From an uncultured bacterium (GTDB taxonomy: Bacteria; Acidobacteriota; Thermoanaerobaculia; Multivoradales; JAHZIX01): DNA of 64,000 nt. Below the pieces are notes generated by a model. The model searched no databases and was not told the origin of the DNA. It worked only from the letters and a program-made list of their open reading frames with translations. The DNA lies in assembly GCA_965368975.1 (NCBI GenBank), contig CBDUPA010000012.1, positions 183,049 to 247,048 of the forward strand, given 5' to 3'. Position numbers and translations under genes: made by a program. Below are positions 63,401-64,000 of this stretch, one piece after another (the stretch's first letter is position 1; each line of letters opens with the position of its first letter).

Positions 63401-64000
63401 CAAGGTCTCGGCCACCGACTCTCCAGAGGATGAGACCCTGGATGTCCTCTTCCGCCGTGTCGCTCAGCGAGTGCCCGATTCCGTGGCTCTGCATTTCGGC
63501 CGCCGGCACCTGAGTTACCGCGAGTTCGACCGTCACAGCGATTTGCAAGCGGCTGCGCTGAGCCGCCGGCTGGCGGGGTCGAAGTCACTGGAGCCCATCG
63601 TCGCCCTGCGCCTGGAGCGCTCGCCCGAGCTGTTTGTGGCGCTGCTGGCCAGCGTCAAGGCGGGAGCGATGTACCTGCCGCTCGACCCGCAGTATCCAGA
63701 GGAGCGGGTGACGTACATGCTCGAGGATTCGGGGGCGTTGGTGGTGGGGGAGGGCATCCGTGCGCCCCTACACCCCACCCCTGCCCCCGACTCGCTTACG
63801 CTTGGCACTACCGTTTCGGTGGAAGCAGCACCTTCTGGAGCCCGGGACACCGGTGGTAGATCGCAAGAAGAGACACAAGACTCAGGAATAGGTCGTACGT
63901 ATGCGCAACGAGTCGGGGGGCGGGAGGGGTGTAGGGGCGCACGGGCGTGCGCCCTCCCCAGTGCCGGAACCGAGCCGTGCCCCGACTCACCCGCCTATCT
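51477..64000 (+). CDS. Second giant hybrid NRPS/PKS, 3'-truncated by window: C-A-T-C-A-T-KS-AT-ACP-C-A...
   Basis: ATG 51477 gives MAGKSATAKPSFYPLSPLQQGMLFH. The same frame holds at YLIYTSGTTG (53571), YTSGSTG (57141) and the final AYL (63993). No track ORF lies in this frame, consistent with one stop-free frame. KS TACSTG and EGHGSAT; AT GYSLG and HAFHT. Confidence 0.93.
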   Translation, partial: MAGKSATAKPSFYPLSPLQQGMLFHCLEAPGTGLYHEQTTLLFDGQLDLGAFEQAWRHVIERHEVLRTSFAWEGLKQPVQVVRTGMKVPLHVVDARRWALTEENGAAHLLRRVARAERGLGFELTRAPVWRLTLVRLPVERAPVARIPAEEERQRWGLLWSFSHLLLDGWSVPLLWHEVFSVYQAQVAGTSVVGAPVPGLPVVPPFRRYIAWLYRQDTSKAQSWWTRKMAGLRRPLRMTEAWGELDAGSAAAAAGGLEPSRAPTLQAHRLVPAAAVSTVRAWGREQGLTLNTLVQGAWALLASRYVQHDDVVFGIVVSGRPSQLPGVERMVGMFINTVPLRVQVPTAGSGRTVGAWVSELQRQAGEMQRFEHTPLAQIQSWSELPAREALFDFLLVFENQPRAQQPQEKDRAGLRAELLTGEPVSNYPLTLAVTPPLDDTHALRFHLTAHRGRVEESAMERLLGHLETLLLGLGEVPETPPAWLPMLTSSERRQLLELGSAPVGPAGDPVPADPVPADSVPADSVTDIVERVLAVAAERPEAVALSFAAVEGPDQVLTYGALDAASAALAARLRAAGVGSAEVTVALQLPRGVELAVAVLAVLRAGGAYVPLDVEQPASRLAFVLEDCGASVVVGEGDLAGFDGQVVKVHPRLFRSGVGAPPCGCPPGMGDGSGCGCAAGQAHGPAPTQKDWPPGALAYLIYTSGTTGTPKGVEVRRRNLSAFLDAVVRTFDLGADERLPCLAPHPFDIFGFELLAPWCSGGTAVLVPLTPILDLDDLVRRLPGFSRVHAVPALWAQLLDRLEASGDLDGLQRLRTVFVGGDVVPPALLRRLRQLLPRVETRVLYGPTEATVLSSSRALVPGAEGDAPLASTPAGGSLGRALPGVRLSVRDRLGRRLPLGLVGELVIEGAGVTRGYRGRPGQTAEVFVPAPRVGGAWTEGVQVEGTRAYRSGDRVRWRVGGTAAELEFLGRVDQQVKVRGFRIEPRGIEAVLEARAEVEQAVVAVRSSQPGMGGDAELVAWVVGEQVSVDVLRADLAEQLPTYMVPTRIDVLDAFPLTAHGKVDRKALLALPGAGGRSSAKKKSKLRLRGRTRDAETAAETDVPPLARQLCELFAEVLDVEVVGPHDDFFQLGGHSVLVMRLAGLLRARLQRDLPLRAIFDAPTAVELAAVLEAPGAVPEPAAGSAAGPAPGPVIERPETPAEPAVRPSLTPRPPLTRQPRPEDAAHGIPLSFAQERLWFLTQLDRDSPLYNVPMALELRGTLDVGAFVRAVHGVVRRHEVLRTSYPTVAGRPRQRIASVAEGATGVAHWAGLAYLDLSGLGFEAARDERGRLARVEAVRPFDLQRGPVMRVLLVRGTEVHTLLLTLHHIASDGWSTGVFVREFATLYKGETLPPLPVQYADYALWQRGWLDERALAAEVEHWRGLLSGSSTSGGGLPALDLPTDRPRPPLQTHRGAFVPLTLPAPLVASLEQRARESGSTLFMVLLTAFQALLGRSAGQRRLAVGTPVAGRHHEHLDGLIGFFVNTLVLAADLRAKGAGGESTLSEPTFRELLRRSRAAVLDAYDHQDVPFERLVAELVPQRDLARPALFQAMFALQTAPSETLRLPGLTLAPVAGGAGHAKFELTLTLTPIPSGPAAGTSAGILVGSLGFNTDLFDVTSMARLGGRLRALLAAVAADADARPALVPLLGAAETHLLLHEWRAVRRASTQATDDLAARIRAHGRRQPDAVAVRQVGAGVEVPVELSWRTLLHRAESQAASLQALPDWVPEARVAVCRPRSVQVVVDWLSVLLAGGAYVPLDPVHPAERLRLQVEDAGAVFVLGERAQVRTSSVEDVPVLARHVGGRSQDGTAEDVDGASYAQRAGGREGCRGARMCALPGTALAYVVYTSGSTGKPKGVAVSRRALGAMVDWKLRIDALAPGDRVAFASGLSFDAAATDVWPALVAGATVCLPTATEEAEPARMLDWVLAGRLHVVRLGTPMVEAMLDRPLPASAKRTLRTLVTGGDRLRKVPQGTWRGVLFNRYGPSEATVQVSRYRVAGGRGQSGLPTLGRPVDGTALWILDARQRLQPIGVPGELVIASIKLARGYLGRPALTAAAFRPNPFALPGADPELDSGSRIYRSGDLARTLEDGELEFLGRIDHQVQLRGYRVELGEIETVLTAHPSVAQAVVLLRGGLPGGEGLVAYVETPQQEKRQELEAKLRDYLRERLPVHMIPAAFVLLDAMPVTPNGKFDRTALLALSLPGSQELSPRDAAAQEVPGTYSSPTSAPGLERRLIDIWRRVLGVPHVRRTDNFFDLGGHSLLLIELQHHVQADLGVEVPVVELFQFPTVATLAAHLGGGETMRVERDLERVTLVESPVPTEVGGDAVGGDVAIIGMAGRFPGAPDLDAFWQVLRDGVETVSRFTREELLANGVRVEELEDPDYVPARGRLSELELFDASFFDYAPREAQVLDPQFRLFLELAWHALEDAGYDPGRARKPGGPGRVAVFGGGAAGTYRWHFGAHPEVVAAVGSMQVNYATNPQFLPTQVAYKLGLEGPAIDVQTACSTGLVSLHLACQALADGSCDMALAGGVAADTLGVRGYRYQYGGISAKDGHCRSYDAEATGSVMSNGAGMVLLKPLAAARRDGDRVLAVVRGSALNNDGHRKVGYTAPSVEGQAEAIRAAHRRAGVPASTIQFVEGHGSATPLGDPVEVQALKLAFGDAANGRPIVLSSVKSNQGHADTAAGIAGLLKTVLALRHRQLPPTVHFQQPNPQMGLDSSCFEVSGELTEWPENRDADGTPLPRRAGVSSFGIGGTNAHVVLEEASVEAAPVEADQVLDSWRLLVLSARSEASLASLQATWAQALDGVEEAARTGPAWNDWSYTALVGRAGFELRRAFVARDGADAAAVLRGDAPGRLLEGTVERGARPSVAFLLAGVGDQYPGMAAGLYHHEPVFRAALDRCADLLASRLDVDLRQVLFPEGVDAYLTAPESADSKPDLRALLGRAQRETTLLDETRYLQPAVFAVDYALAQLWQSWGVEPVALLGYSLGEYVAACLAGVLTLEDALTLVAERARLLEALPAGAMLAVSLPEARLRELLAELPEREEQVELAAINGPELCVVAGTVAAVEAFAAHLAALDLREPVVVRRLPTSHAFHTSHMQPAAAELRQLLESLDLQPPRRPLLSNVTGTWARPEEVTTPDYWLRHLVQPVRFADALAELWQEPGVSENGVLLEVGPGHGLGSLALQQVPPVSSTDEGSDHLGAVFASLRHSSEPAAGLTADRAFALTTLAKLWLCGVEVDAQGLFHASTAATGRQPRRARLPLYPFDRQRYWLEASVPGAGTGARPSMQVLTGEAAPQTSDPATAPASRSSALPPVSAPPVSAPPAADKQQIRRRPGQAAFVAPSTPLQQRLASIWGDLLGVEDVGLHDSFFELGGHSLLGTRLMARLRSELDVELDLSGLFDNPTVEGQAARIEELWPGAGSDLGRGGPMWPPSGVVGGAHPKSGPAPLSYAQERMWFLHRLDPDSPAYNIPAVYRVLGLLRADLCARALEVVVARQAVLRTCYGLVDGDLVQRTDLPLANPPLVDLRELAGRDRRAVAECLASREVVRPFDLEHGPAFRFTLLRHGLDEHAVLVTVHHIGADGWSLGVLIREFATAYGCLAESRDPAEVLAPLPWQYTDFASWQRQWMAERLEEQLAFWRTQLDGVPILELPTDRPRPARPEPHGRRRERLLPASLLAGVRELAARSIDGGAGATDFVVLLAAFQALLARWRLPGTDVDGAVEDGRRALRADLSVGTPIAGRRQLETEPLIGFFVNTLVLRRQVDLGAGLADHVRDARRIALGAFDHQDVPFERLVDELQPERNLRTTPLFQVLFALQNAPPPSASSPGLRLAPQPYTVTTVRFDLEVSLFPARQLVDGELAETLVLSVGYRTSLFDTTTIDRFARAFETLLRGALEDPARSLASVPLLAAAERHQVLVEVEDTLFKVSATDSPEDETLDVLFRRVAQRVPDSVALHFGRRHLSYREFDRHSDLQAAALSRRLAGSKSLEPIVALRLERSPELFVALLASVKAGAMYLPLDPQYPEERVTYMLEDSGALVVGEGIRAPLHPTPAPDSLTLGTTVSVEAAPSGARDTGGRSQEETQDSGIGRTYAQRVGGREGCRGARACALPSAGTEPCPDSPAY
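52998..53050 (+). repeat. 15-bp tandem repeat (gatccagtgccagcc, ~3.5 copies) in the C-A linker
   Basis: Encodes DPVPA DPVPA DSVPA DSV. Confidence 0.8.
53441..53545 (-). mobile_element. REPIN family 2, in frame in A domain 1 of NRPS 2, inverted relative to the 32389 copy
   Basis: gtaggggcacccccgtgtgggtgccct ... agggcaggcacatgggcctgcccctacccag. The spacer cggatccggatgcggctgtgccgcagggc is the near reverse complement of gccctgcggcgtagccgcatccggatccg at ~32417. Confidence 0.85.
56952..57112 (+). mobile_element. REP-doublet/MITE family 1, internally deleted, in frame in A domain 2 of NRPS 2
   Basis: Left remnant agggcgca, interior ggtggtagatcgcaaga...tcgtatgcgcaacgag, right end gtaggggcgcacggatgtgcgccct. 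Confidence 0.8.
61889..61921 (+). repeat. REP family 2 singlet, in frame in the ACP-C linker of NRPS 2
   Basis: tctgggtaggggcggccccatgtggccgccctc. The stem GGGCGGCC/GGCCGCCC shows compensatory changes relative to GGGCACCC/GGGTGCCC. Confidence 0.8.
63751..63955 (+). mobile_element. REP-doublet/MITE family 1, in frame in A domain 3 of NRPS 2
   Basis: agggcatccgtgcgcccctac ... gtaggggcgcacgggcgtgcgccct. Translation IRAPLHP...TGGRSQEE...YAQRVGGREGCRGARACA matches the 35823 copy. Confidence 0.85.

Noticed and set aside
51477-64000. Possibility that NRPS 2 is a fragmented pseudogene because it is missing from the ORF track
   Set aside because: Motifs checked at 51477, 53571, 57141 and 63993 are all in one frame. 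The ORF simply has no stop within the window.

Overview
High-GC bacterial DNA. The gene families suggest Acidobacteriota/Thermoanaerobaculia or a myxobacterium-like lineage, which is an inference only. Left to right the window holds: the 3' part of a type I restriction hsdR; a minus-strand operon (secreted beta-propeller, two paralogous 10-Cys secreted mini-proteins, carboxypeptidase-regulatory-like protein); several exported hypothetical proteins; a ~26.5 kb hybrid NRPS/PKS gene (11010-37526); a 14 kb insert; and a second hybrid NRPS/PKS (51477 to past the window end, absent from the ORF track because it has no stop). The insert carries three TIR/SEFIR-Ser/Thr kinase-FGE(C-lectin) genes, three lanthipeptide-like precursors, a GDYXXLXY membrane protein, a small GxGxDPxG-repeat peptide in front of a Zn-finger/TPR protein, and a nucleotidyltransferase pair. 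Most notable: (1) two families of GTAG-type REP/REPIN palindromic elements sit in frame inside both megasynthases, six times in the same loop just before the A3 motif of adenylation domains, in different frames and orientations; (2) two kinase-FGE genes share a duplicated 1.1 kb cassette whose 3' end looks like a DGR variable region, although no RT or TR is in the window; (3) a peptide missing from the ORF track and a TPR protein form a possible signalling pair.
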